14,496 bases of DNA from Promethearchaeota archaeon. GTDB taxonomy: Archaea; Asgardarchaeota; Lokiarchaeia; Sigyniarchaeales; SOKP01. Positions 1-7,110 of the stretch are shown here, piece after piece. Location: contig JAHLWH010000121.1 in the NCBI GenBank assembly GCA_019058015.1, forward strand, positions 1 through 14,496. Reading direction: 5' to 3'. Below the pieces are notes generated by a model, which did no database searches, was not told the DNA's origin, and worked only from the letters and a program-made list of their open reading frames with translations. Numbering within the stretch: position 1 is the stretch's first letter; every line of letters begins with the position of its first letter. The translations under genes and the position numbers were made by a program.

Positions 1-111
1 ATTGGAATGCCTTTTATTTTTTTAGAAAAAGAATATAAGAGAGAATCGTATAGCCAGCTCACGACGAAACTCGAAGCCTTTAAAGAAATTTTGCGAGGTG
101 TTAAAAAATAA
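1..111 (+). CDS. 3' end of a 2-hydroxyacyl-CoA dehydratase family subunit (HgdA/HgdB/FldBC-like), partial
   Basis: Frame 1 reads IGMPFIFLEKEYKRESYSQLTTKLEAFKEILRGVKK*, matching the family C-terminal pattern G.P...LE.(D/E)Y......Q..T(R/K).EAF.E.L; it lies directly upstream of a paralogous subunit. Confidence 0.8.
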   Translation: MGMPFIFLEKEYKRESYSQLTTKLEAFKEILRGVKK

Positions 112-167
112 CAGCACAAAAACCCAAAAGTAAAATATTAAATTCATCTTTAAAAATTAAAAATTTA

Positions 168-1367
168 ATGGGACGCCATTATTTAGCTATAGAACAAGCC
201 TATCGAGATGGAACCCCTACGGCATGGGCTACTAGTGGGACTTCTGTTGAGATGCTTTATACTTTTGATGTTCAACCAATTTTACCTGAAAATGCTGCTA
301 CTATTTCTGCCGCCCAGAAAGTTTCAAAAAAATATATTGAATCTGCTGAAGACTTAGGTTTTTCATATGATTTATGTTCTTATTTTAAAACAAATGTTGG
401 AGCTATGCAAAATAATGCACCTATTGACTTAGGAGGAATAAATCCTCCAACATTTATGGTCGCAGCAGATGTAATTTGTGATACTCATGTGAAATGGTTT
501 CAAGTCCAATCTCAAAGATATAAAGTTCCACTATATATAATTGATGTCCCTCATGTCACTAGCAATACAACAAATAAACAAAAGGAGTATTATCAGTTAT
601 ATGTAGAAGAACAGATGCTTGAATTAAGGGATTGGATCTCAGAAATAACTAAAAAAGAATATAATGAAGAAAAATCAAGAGAGGTTATTACTAATTCCTA
701 CGAGTTAAGTGAATACTGGATTAAGATTTTTGAATTAAGAAAAGCAATACCTTGCCCGGTATCAACCAAAGATACTTTCGGTGGTTTATTTCCACTTTTT
801 ACTATGCCCGGGTTAAAAGAGCCAATTAGAGTATTTAAAAAAATGTATCAAGAGACTCAAGAAAGAGTAGATAATGGAATCGGGGCTTTAGAGAACGAAC
901 AATACAGGCTACTTTTTTCAGGAATCCCATTCTGGTATAATTTAAAATTTTTTAGTATTTTGGAACAATGGGGAGCAATTATTGTATTTGAACCTTATAC
1001 TTATTCTTTTGGAAAATTCTTAGATCCATCAATGAGCAAGGAGTATATAATCAATAATCCGATCAAGGCTATGGCAAAAATTATGTTGTCTTTCTGGTAT
1101 ATATACGATCTTGAAACAAGAGTGAGGGAGTTCAAAAGAGTGATAAAGGAGTGGAAGATTGATGGTTTAATATTGCATAACAATCTTTCCTGTCGACCCA
1201 ATTCATGTGGACTATATGATCTTAAACAACGGCTTATGGAAGAAGAAGGTATTCCCTCTATAGTAATTGACTCAGATATGAATGATCCACGGAAGATGAA
1301 CGAGGAAATATTAAAAAACCGGCTGGAAGTCTTTATGGAAATATTAAGAAAAAGTGAAAAGCGCTAA
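168..1367 (+). CDS. 2-hydroxyacyl-CoA dehydratase subunit (HGD-D / benzoyl-CoA reductase B-C family, [4Fe-4S])
   Basis: Motifs AWATSGTSVE, PEN, GFSYDLCSYFKT, ICDTHVKWFQ, IDGLILHNNLSCRP, GIPSIVIDSDMNDPR; three conserved Cys. The true start may be ATA at 108 (see findings). Confidence 0.92.
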   Translation: MGRHYLAIEQAYRDGTPTAWATSGTSVEMLYTFDVQPILPENAATISAAQKVSKKYIESAEDLGFSYDLCSYFKTNVGAMQNNAPIDLGGINPPTFMVAADVICDTHVKWFQVQSQRYKVPLYIIDVPHVTSNTTNKQKEYYQLYVEEQMLELRDWISEITKKEYNEEKSREVITNSYELSEYWIKIFELRKAIPCPVSTKDTFGGLFPLFTMPGLKEPIRVFKKMYQETQERVDNGIGALENEQYRLLFSGIPFWYNLKFFSILEQWGAIIVFEPYTYSFGKFLDPSMSKEYIINNPIKAMAKIMLSFWYIYDLETRVREFKRVIKEWKIDGLILHNNLSCRPNSCGLYDLKQRLMEEEGIPSIVIDSDMNDPRKMNEEILKNRLEVFMEILRKSEKR

Positions 1368-1389
1368 TTTTATTTCTCTTAAACATAAT
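1236..1389 (+). repeat. Copy 1 of duplicated dehydratase 3' end (last 43 codons, stop and ~20 nt downstream)
   Basis: Aligns without gaps to 3603-3734: 33/43 aa and about 95/132 nt identical; post-stop TAATTTTATTTCTCTTAAACATAAT vs TAATTTTTTCTCTCTTTAACTTAAT. Confidence 0.93.
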
Positions 1390-1402
1390 TATGTTTTTTT
1401 TT
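1381..1402. terminator. 16-bp perfect palindrome AAACATAATTATGTTT running into a T9 tract; likely terminator between convergent genes
   Basis: Palindrome at 1381-1396 and T-tract at 1394-1402, just after the dehydratase stop; oligo-T termination is typical of archaea. Confidence 0.4.
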
Positions 1403-1448
1403 GCAAGCTTTATAATGAGCTTTAAATCCTTGAGGACTGACTTTTCTT

Positions 1449-3278
1449 TTACATATTGGACATGTCTTTTTTAAACTTTCTTCCATTTTTCTTCTTCCAT
1501 TTCCCTGATTCCAGTATTGGATATTTTTTTAGAAAATGTTCTGAATTGGTAGAGTAAGTATTCATTAAATTATCAAAACTTACATATTCATCTGAAAAAA
1601 TTCTTTCATAAAATGCTCTCATTTGCGATGAAGACTTAAATGAAACAGTGAATTTATCTTCCATAATATCCTTAGGGTCTTTACCTTGATTCAATAATTC
1701 CTTTGTTACTCTTTTTCTCAACTCCGTCTTAATTAATTTGAGTGAATCCAATTCTTTTCCAAGAAGTATCCTTGAAAGAGGTTTTACAAATTTCTTTGAA
1801 TAAAGCCAAGCCCAAGATACACCAAGTTGATTTGCTAATTCCTCTTTTTTCATTTTACTTTTAGAACTAATTAACCATGATTTCCATTGTTCAACAGAAT
1901 AACCCTTTAATATTCTCTGAATTTTAGCATTATATATCTTTAAATTCTCCCAATCTATAATATTCGCTTCGACTAAAGCTCTTAAATCTCCGAATTTATT
2001 TCCCTCAAACCATTCTTGTATCTTATAATTTAGTGTTTTTGAGTCCATATCTATTGAGACAGCGATATCTTTTAGATTAAACTTCTCATTATCTTTGATT
2101 AGAGATTCTACAACAGGTTTTAAAACCAATTCTTGTAATTCTTGAGATGAACCAAATTCCTGAGAAAAACGTTCAGAAAATGTACTACTAGCATAATTGT
2201 ATTTATAAGAACTATTAAGAATTTTAATAATTTTCTCATGTTTAACACCAAGAGAAACAAGAGCAATATAATCAAAAATAGGAAGTTCTACTTCAAGTTT
2301 ACTACCTCCACTACCCCCTGAAACCATATTAAGTCCATTAGGCCATAATGTTCCTTTAATTTTTTTGTCTTTTATATAATGAATATAATTTTGAGTTAAA
2401 TCATATTCATGTGAGAGAGCAGCATACCTTTCCTTATGAAGCTCCAACTTAGTTATTTTAAAGTGTTTTTTAATAACTTCTTCTATGATAAAATTATATA
2501 ATTTTTGAGATTTCCAACTACCTCTATTAAAATCCAACCAATTTGATATTGCTTGAAGATCTTGTATATTATCTTCATCAATTTGTGGTTCAATCCGCTG
2601 AATTTCTGTTTGAATCGAATTTAATTCCATTTCTAAAGCAAGGCATGTCGCTTTCATTAAATATCTAGAGATTTCTTCTCCGGTCATAATAGATTTAATT
2701 TTACTATTTAATGTATCATCTATGTGATTCTTTATTCTTCTATTGAAATTCTTAGTATAACCAATATAGGGTAGATTTAAATAAGGAATTAATTTACTCT
2801 CTAATTTATATAACACATATTTATAACCATATTTCAATGGATTCTTAGATATTTTCTCAAAATCAGCTTGACCTTTAACTTTATATCCAGGAATATCAAC
2901 CCAATTTCTTAAATCAGGCTGAATATTTGACTTAGTTGAAAATTTATCCGATATTTGCTTTAAAGAAAGTAAAAAATTCTCAATAACAAATTTTGAATAT
3001 TCAAATAATTTATTATACAGTTTCTTATTTTTATATTCTTTAAGAATTTTAAATTTTAAATCATTATAACCGTCTAAAGTGTATTTTTTATATAATTTTT
3101 CTATTACATCATTATTTTTCTTTTTCTCTAAATCTTTATATTCATTATTGTTTTTTGACCCTCCATCATTTTTTATGATTTGATTTATCTCATTCATTTC
3201 TTCTTCTGATTCTTTGCTATTAGTCTTTTTAATTTTCAAATCATTACTCTTTATTATATTAATAGGGACAATATTCAT
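1449..3278 (-). CDS. Free-standing GIY-YIG endonuclease with C-terminal HTH-like DNA-binding repeats (homing-endonuclease-like)
   Basis: YVLYKL...PYIGYTKNFNRRIKNH (GIY-YIG motifs with catalytic Arg and His), ALSHE (Glu), WPNGLNMVSGG (Asn motif); HTH-like segments NLKDIAVSIDMDSKTLNYKIQEWF and KKEELANQLGVSWAWL. Confidence 0.8.
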   Translation of the reverse strand: MNIVPINIIKSNDLKIKKTNSKESEEEMNEINQIIKNDGGSKNNNEYKDLEKKKNNDVIEKLYKKYTLDGYNDLKFKILKEYKNKKLYNKLFEYSKFVIENFLLSLKQISDKFSTKSNIQPDLRNWVDIPGYKVKGQADFEKISKNPLKYGYKYVLYKLESKLIPYLNLPYIGYTKNFNRRIKNHIDDTLNSKIKSIMTGEEISRYLMKATCLALEMELNSIQTEIQRIEPQIDEDNIQDLQAISNWLDFNRGSWKSQKLYNFIIEEVIKKHFKITKLELHKERYAALSHEYDLTQNYIHYIKDKKIKGTLWPNGLNMVSGGSGGSKLEVELPIFDYIALVSLGVKHEKIIKILNSSYKYNYASSTFSERFSQEFGSSQELQELVLKPVVESLIKDNEKFNLKDIAVSIDMDSKTLNYKIQEWFEGNKFGDLRALVEANIIDWENLKIYNAKIQRILKGYSVEQWKSWLISSKSKMKKEELANQLGVSWAWLYSKKFVKPLSRILLGKELDSLKLIKTELRKRVTKELLNQGKDPKDIMEDKFTVSFKSSSQMRAFYERIFSDEYVSFDNLMNTYSTNSEHFLKKYPILESGKWKKKNGRKFKKDMSNM

Positions 3279-3599
3279 TTTTTTTGAAATTTGGCTATAG
3301 TCTAGATATCGACTAAAATTTGGAGTTTAATCTCTTGATAAAGAGGAACCATCAATAATCTTATAAAACGGGAGCCAAACTCCACTGGTAAGGGATTATT
3401 CAAAGAAAATACACTTATTCTTCTTATTATCTAATACGAAATGTTTTTTTTTAACATATAGAGAGTGTTAAATCTTAGATTTATGGAATATTCATTCTAA
3501 AATATTAGATTTTCACATTTAAAACTTTTTAACCCAAATGAATTTCAAAATATAAAAAATCACTTATTCTCAATAATTATGTTGAATTTATCTTTAATC

Positions 3600-3734
3600 T
3601 TAATGGATGAGGAAGGAATTCCATCCCTTGTTATTGAATCGGATATGAACGATCCAAGAAAAATGAATGAAGAACAACTTAAAAATAAATTAGAAAGCTT
3701 TATGGAAATCTTACAAAAAAACAAAAAAGGATAA
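3600..3734 (+). pseudogene. Orphan (displaced) 3' end of the dehydratase gene
   Basis: Reads LMDEEGIPSLVIESDMNDPRKMNEEQLKNKLESFMEILQKNKKG*, same length as and homologous to 1233-1367; no homologous upstream portion. Confidence 0.92.
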
Positions 3735-3867
3735 TTTTTTCTCTCTTTAACTTAATCGGGTCTTTTTCTAATTTTTTAACTTTCTATTTCTAAATTATTA
3801 GAAAAATTCTATTTTATTTTTAATCATAAGTAACTAAATAAAATGTTAAAATTGTCTGTATACCTTT

Positions 3868-5073
3868 TCAAAGAGTAAAAAATTTTATTGCTGTCATAAC
3901 TGCTCCACTTATTATAGGAACAGAGAAATTGTCATTTATCCTCAATGATAAAACCTCAGTGAGAGCTGCAGTAATTCCACCTAAAATAAGTAGAATTAAA
4001 GGGAATTCCAAAACAGTATAAATTATATATCCGCAGATGAGTGCACAACCAATATATGCTAATGTACCTTCAACTGTTTTTTTAAATATCTTATGTCGAC
4101 CAAAACTTAACCCAAAAATTTTACTAAAGATATCACCAAAGATAAGAAAGGTTAAAGCGGCGAAAGCAATCTCTATCTCAAATAAAAGTATTGTTATGAA
4201 AACTGCAACTAAGAATATTGTCATTGATGAAAATTTTTTAGACTCATCTTTCTTAAATAATGACTTAATTCTTACTGTTAAAAGTTCATTTGTTCCCTTA
4301 TGAATGAATCTAATAATATCAAGGAGTATAAAAACTAAACATACACATCCGATGATTATGAGGGCTACCATTTTTGAGTAACAAATATAAAATACAATGA
4401 AAAAAATGGCAAATGGTCTTAGAGCAACCCTCCACCATGGAGATTTGAATGTTTTATCTTCAATAATTATTTTTTTGAAGACTACTATGTTATAAATACC
4501 AATTGAAATAATGTAAGCAAGAATTAAACAAAAAAAGATATTATGAGGAACATCAGTATAATATATAAAAACAGAATATGCTAATAGAGGAAGTACAATG
4601 ATGCCTATAATTTCTCCAGTTTTAGTAATATAAGCAAAAATTGCTACAATAATAAGCAAAAAACAAAGAAAGTAAAAAATCTCCGGACCGATAAGAATAT
4701 ATTGTACTAAATAAAAAAGCATTATTCCTGTAGCACAAGCTACACCTTGACCACCACGAAAGCTAATATAAAAAGGTAGGATATGCCCAACAATAGCCAC
4801 TAAACCACTTATTTGCGCAAATATATAATCTGCTCCAATACTTTGTGTTAACAAAATAACAAATAATCCCTTTAAAGTATCAAATATTGCCGTAGGAATA
4901 GCATATACAACTCCTAAAGTATGATATACATTTAAGGTACCAGCGTTACAAGTACCTTCTTTTCTTATATCAATGCCTTTTAATCTACCAAAAAAATAAG
5001 CAGGTAAAATCGACCCTATAAAATAACCAATCAAAATACTTAAAATATTTATTATTATTTCACTAAGTTCCAT
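3868..5073 (-). CDS. PlsY-like glycerol-3-phosphate acyltransferase domain fused to a CTP-dependent polyprenol/diacylglycerol kinase-like domain
   Basis: N-half: GYFIGSILP, DIRKEGTCNAGTLN, FDTLKG, GHILPFYISFRGGQGVA. C-half: FGDIFSKIFGLSFGRHKIFKKTVEGT, INDNFSVP (dolichol/phytol kinase/Dgk1-type motifs); polytopic membrane protein. Confidence 0.85.
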   Translation of the reverse strand: MELSEIIINILSILIGYFIGSILPAYFFGRLKGIDIRKEGTCNAGTLNVYHTLGVVYAIPTAIFDTLKGLFVILLTQSIGADYIFAQISGLVAIVGHILPFYISFRGGQGVACATGIMLFYLVQYILIGPEIFYFLCFLLIIVAIFAYITKTGEIIGIIVLPLLAYSVFIYYTDVPHNIFFCLILAYIISIGIYNIVVFKKIIIEDKTFKSPWWRVALRPFAIFFIVFYICYSKMVALIIIGCVCLVFILLDIIRFIHKGTNELLTVRIKSLFKKDESKKFSSMTIFLVAVFITILLFEIEIAFAALTFLIFGDIFSKIFGLSFGRHKIFKKTVEGTLAYIGCALICGYIIYTVLEFPLILLILGGITAALTEVLSLRINDNFSVPIISGAVMTAIKFFTL

Positions 5074-5288
5074 ATATCCCCACCATCATCAATAATCATC
5101 TAGACTTAAAAAATGTTATTGAAAAACTGTTCTACTAAACAAAAGTTAATATATTAGGAAAAGTATCGTTGTTAAATAAAATGAAAATTAAAAAATACGT
5201 ATTTTTACTTATTCAAAAAAAAATATAAGATTTTTTTAGAAAAATGAAAATTAAATCCAACTATAATTACGAATATTAAACAACCATA

Positions 5289-5648
5289 TTAAGATTGCTT
5301 TTTTAATAACTTGAATAAATTCATATATTGCTCAATATAACTCTCATCACCAGTTTCCTCATATTTTACTAATAGTTCTATTGATTTTGATAAAGTAAAA
5401 GATTTTTCTGCGATCTTTGTTTTAATATCCTCTTTCTTCCGCTGCGACATCGTAATCTTAAGTTGATTTTCCATTCTATCTATATCTTTCTGCATTTCTT
5501 CTTGTTGTACTTTTAATGCAGCAGTTCTTTTACGTCTTTCTTCAAGTTTAATACAATTTTCGCAAATTTCGCTTGTAGAGTTTTGATCTCTAAAAAATGG
5601 ATTTGAACAAAGTTTACACCGAACTAATTTTGTTTTGAGTTTTTTCAT
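5289..5648 (-). CDS. Hypothetical protein with N-terminal CxxC-x12-CxxC zinc finger and coiled coil
   Basis: CKLC...CENC followed by a K/E/Q/R-rich helix. ATG at 5648 (MKKLKTK) is preferred over the track's 5669 start because the ATG is kept in the second repeat copy while the upstream frame has indels. Confidence 0.7.
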   Translation of the reverse strand: MKKLKTKLVRCKLCSNPFFRDQNSTSEICENCIKLEERRKRTAALKVQQEEMQKDIDRMENQLKITMSQRKKEDIKTKIAEKSFTLSKSIELLVKYEETGDESYIEQYMNLFKLLKKQS

Positions 5649-5752
5649 ATTTAAAAAAAAAGTATTCAATTTTATGAAAAGTAATAAAATTTAATATTAA
5701 ATATCTTTTTATTTCCAAGAATCTTACAATTATGTTTCTTAAAAATTAGCAT
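5634..5752 (+). repeat. Left direct repeat of island 2 (~119 bp)
   Basis: TTTGAGTTTTTTCAT...TTTTATGAAAAGTAA...TTAAATATCTTTTTATTTCCAAGAATCT...AAATTAGCAT recurs at 9630-9748 at roughly 90% identity; includes the first 5 codons of the Zn-finger gene. Confidence 0.93.
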
Positions 5753-5986
5753 TTTTTTTATTTTCTACATTGATATCACCCAATTCTTTATATTTGGTAA
5801 TTCTATAATCTTTAAATTATTCATATAAAAAGTACCTCATACATTTCGATTTATTCGAATTTTTTTTAATATTTCTTGTTGATTCCTAACGATTAAAACC
5901 GCACGAATGCGTTGTTCAACCTATTCAATCTTTGATTGAATCAGGAGCATTAAAGAATTTTTTAGCGCAAGAACTTAGAAATCATC

Positions 5987-6061
5987 ATAATATTTTTATA
6001 ATAATTTTGAAAGTATACATAATAGTCAACAAATCCTGACTAAAAAAATTTAATATAAAAA
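5987..6061 (+). repeat. Repeat A copy 1 (promoter/operator-like, ~75 bp)
   Basis: ATAATATTTTTATAATAAT...AATAGTCAACAAATCCTGACTAAAAAAATTTAATATAAAAA recurs at 7037-7110; contains TATA-like boxes and inverted repeat TAGTCA-N8-TGACTA (6023-6042). Confidence 0.85.
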
Positions 6062-6113
6062 GTGTGAAAGAATGAAATTAAAAACTAATTTAAAATTTAT
6101 TAGGAGATATTAA

Positions 6114-6364
6114 TTGAAGAAAAGAGATTGGATTATCCTAGGATTCATTAATTCGGTAATTTGGTTTTTTGGAGGCTTAATTTTATTCTTGGTATTAGGA
6201 AATGGAAAAATTTGGTTCTTAACCCCATTATAACATTTGCAGGAGCATTAGGTTATTTTATCAGTTGGTGGTTGATTGGATGGCCCATTTTCAATCTCAA
6301 AAACAAAAAGCGTCTAAGGAAACAAGTAAATGAAATTAATATCAGTTTAATATCTAAAAAAAGG
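6114..6364 (+). pseudogene. Frameshifted small two-TM membrane protein (immunity-like)
   Basis: AGGAGA (6102-6107) then TTG 6114: MKKRDWIILGFINSVIWFFGGLILFLVLGNGKIWFLTP. One extra base at the CCCC run (6223-6226) joins it to IITFAGALGYFISWWLIGWPIFNLKNKKRLRKQ, which resembles the 6661 protein. The original 3' end is uncertain because it runs into repeat B. Confidence 0.65.
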
Positions 6365-6410
6365 ATTTTTTTTATTTGGCGATGTTTAAATCACTTAGAG
6401 AAGGAAGGAA
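6365..6410 (+). repeat. Repeat B copy 1 (46 bp)
   Basis: ATTTTTTTTATTTGGCGATGTTTAAATCACTTAGAGAAGGAAGGAA; 45/46 identical to 6988-7033. Confidence 0.93.
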
Positions 6411-6418
6411 GAAAAAAA

Positions 6419-6631
6419 ATGAATATACTTATTGAATTGGGATGTGGTGTTCCAGGTGCAGTTGTATATGTGTTGACTTGCGGTTCTATTTGTGGTCCCA
6501 GCGGTCCTGGTTTTCCTGTTTGTGCAGTCATATGCGGTACTATTTGTGCTGCTATGGTTATTGCTATTTGCTACTTTATTGGACTTTATGGTATGAGTAC
6601 TGATTGTTGGGGAATATGTGGCATGATTTAA
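6419..6631 (+). CDS. Cys/Gly-rich hydrophobic peptide, halocin-C8-like; probably the truncated C-terminal domain of a larger precursor
   Basis: 70 aa MNILIELGCGVPGAVVYVLTCGSICGPSGPGFPVCAVICGTICAAMVIAICYFIGLYGMSTDCWGICGMI with 9 Cys in CxxxC spacing, almost no charge, GC-richer than flanks. Confidence 0.6.
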   Translation: MNILIELGCGVPGAVVYVLTCGSICGPSGPGFPVCAVICGTICAAMVIAICYFIGLYGMSTDCWGICGMI

Positions 6632-6660
6632 AATAATTTTCAAAAGGGAGATGAAAAGAT

Positions 6661-6936
6661 ATGGAAAAAGATATGGAAAAGGATTATGTTAAAAGGAATG
6701 CGGATATCATGGGATTAACAATTATTATAACTTTCTTCATTGTCGGTTTTTTATTATGGTTTTTCGTAGGAGGTGCGAGTTTACCATTTGCCATTGGAAT
6801 TGCATCTGGATACGCACTTGGTGGTTTAATAGGATGGATCTTAATAAGAGGACACATAATACGAAAAAATAAAAAAAGAATTCAAAAGAAACAAGCAGCA
6901 CTCAACTCAATGAGGAAAAATAAAACAATCGGCTGA
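6661..6936 (+). CDS. Small two-TM membrane protein, putative cognate immunity protein
   Basis: 91 aa, two Gly-rich hydrophobic helices and a basic tail; GGGAG RBS; starts 29 nt after the Cys-rich peptide stop. An alternative start at 6673 comes from a tandem ATGGAAAARGAT duplication. Confidence 0.75.
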   Translation: MEKDMEKDYVKRNADIMGLTIIITFFIVGFLLWFFVGGASLPFAIGIASGYALGGLIGWILIRGHIIRKNKKRIQKKQAALNSMRKNKTIG

Positions 6937-6987
6937 ATAAATAATATTATTAGATTACTGAGAAGAAAATTGAATATCCAATCTAAA

Positions 6988-7033
6988 ATTTTTTTTATTT
7001 GGCGATGTTTAAATCACTTAGAAAAGGAAGGAA
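6988..7033 (+). repeat. Repeat B copy 2
   Basis: 45/46 identical to 6365-6410; lies 3 nt before repeat A copy 2. Confidence 0.93.
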
Positions 7034-7036
7034 TAA

Positions 7037-7110
7037 ATAATATTTTTATAATAATGTTGAATATATTCAAAATGGTCAAAAAATCCTGACTAAAAAATTT
7101 AATATAAAAA
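7037..7110 (+). repeat. Repeat A copy 2 (promoter/operator-like)
   Basis: Matches 5987-6061; TGGTCA-N8-TGACTA at 7073-7092; ends directly at ATG 7111. Confidence 0.85.

Noticed and set aside
1001-1201. 66-aa minus-strand ORF
   Set aside because: Antisense shadow inside the dehydratase gene.
1368-3599. Group I intron or intein carrying the GIY-YIG ORF
   Set aside because: The host gene is already complete before the insert, the ORF is antisense with its own stop, and no intron core or intein terminal motifs were recognised.
4037-4303. 88-aa plus-strand ORF
   Set aside because: Antisense to the PlsY/kinase fusion.
6060-6113. Possible third toxin tail (KCERMK...) before the 6114 gene
   Set aside because: Only one Cys and a weak spacer resemblance; not distinguishable from chance.
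6161-6631. Single 156-aa protein as given in the ORF track
   Set aside because: Chimeric read-through: out-of-frame start, second half of a frameshifted TM gene, non-coding repeat B, then the Cys-rich peptide.
6395-6643. 82-aa minus-strand ORF
   Set aside because: Antisense shadow of the Cys-rich peptide (T/N/S-rich mirror composition).
5987-7110. CRISPR array or integron attC sites
   Set aside because: Only two copies of each repeat, 0.6-1 kb apart; no regular spacers, cas genes, integrase or GTTRRRY-bounded palindromes.
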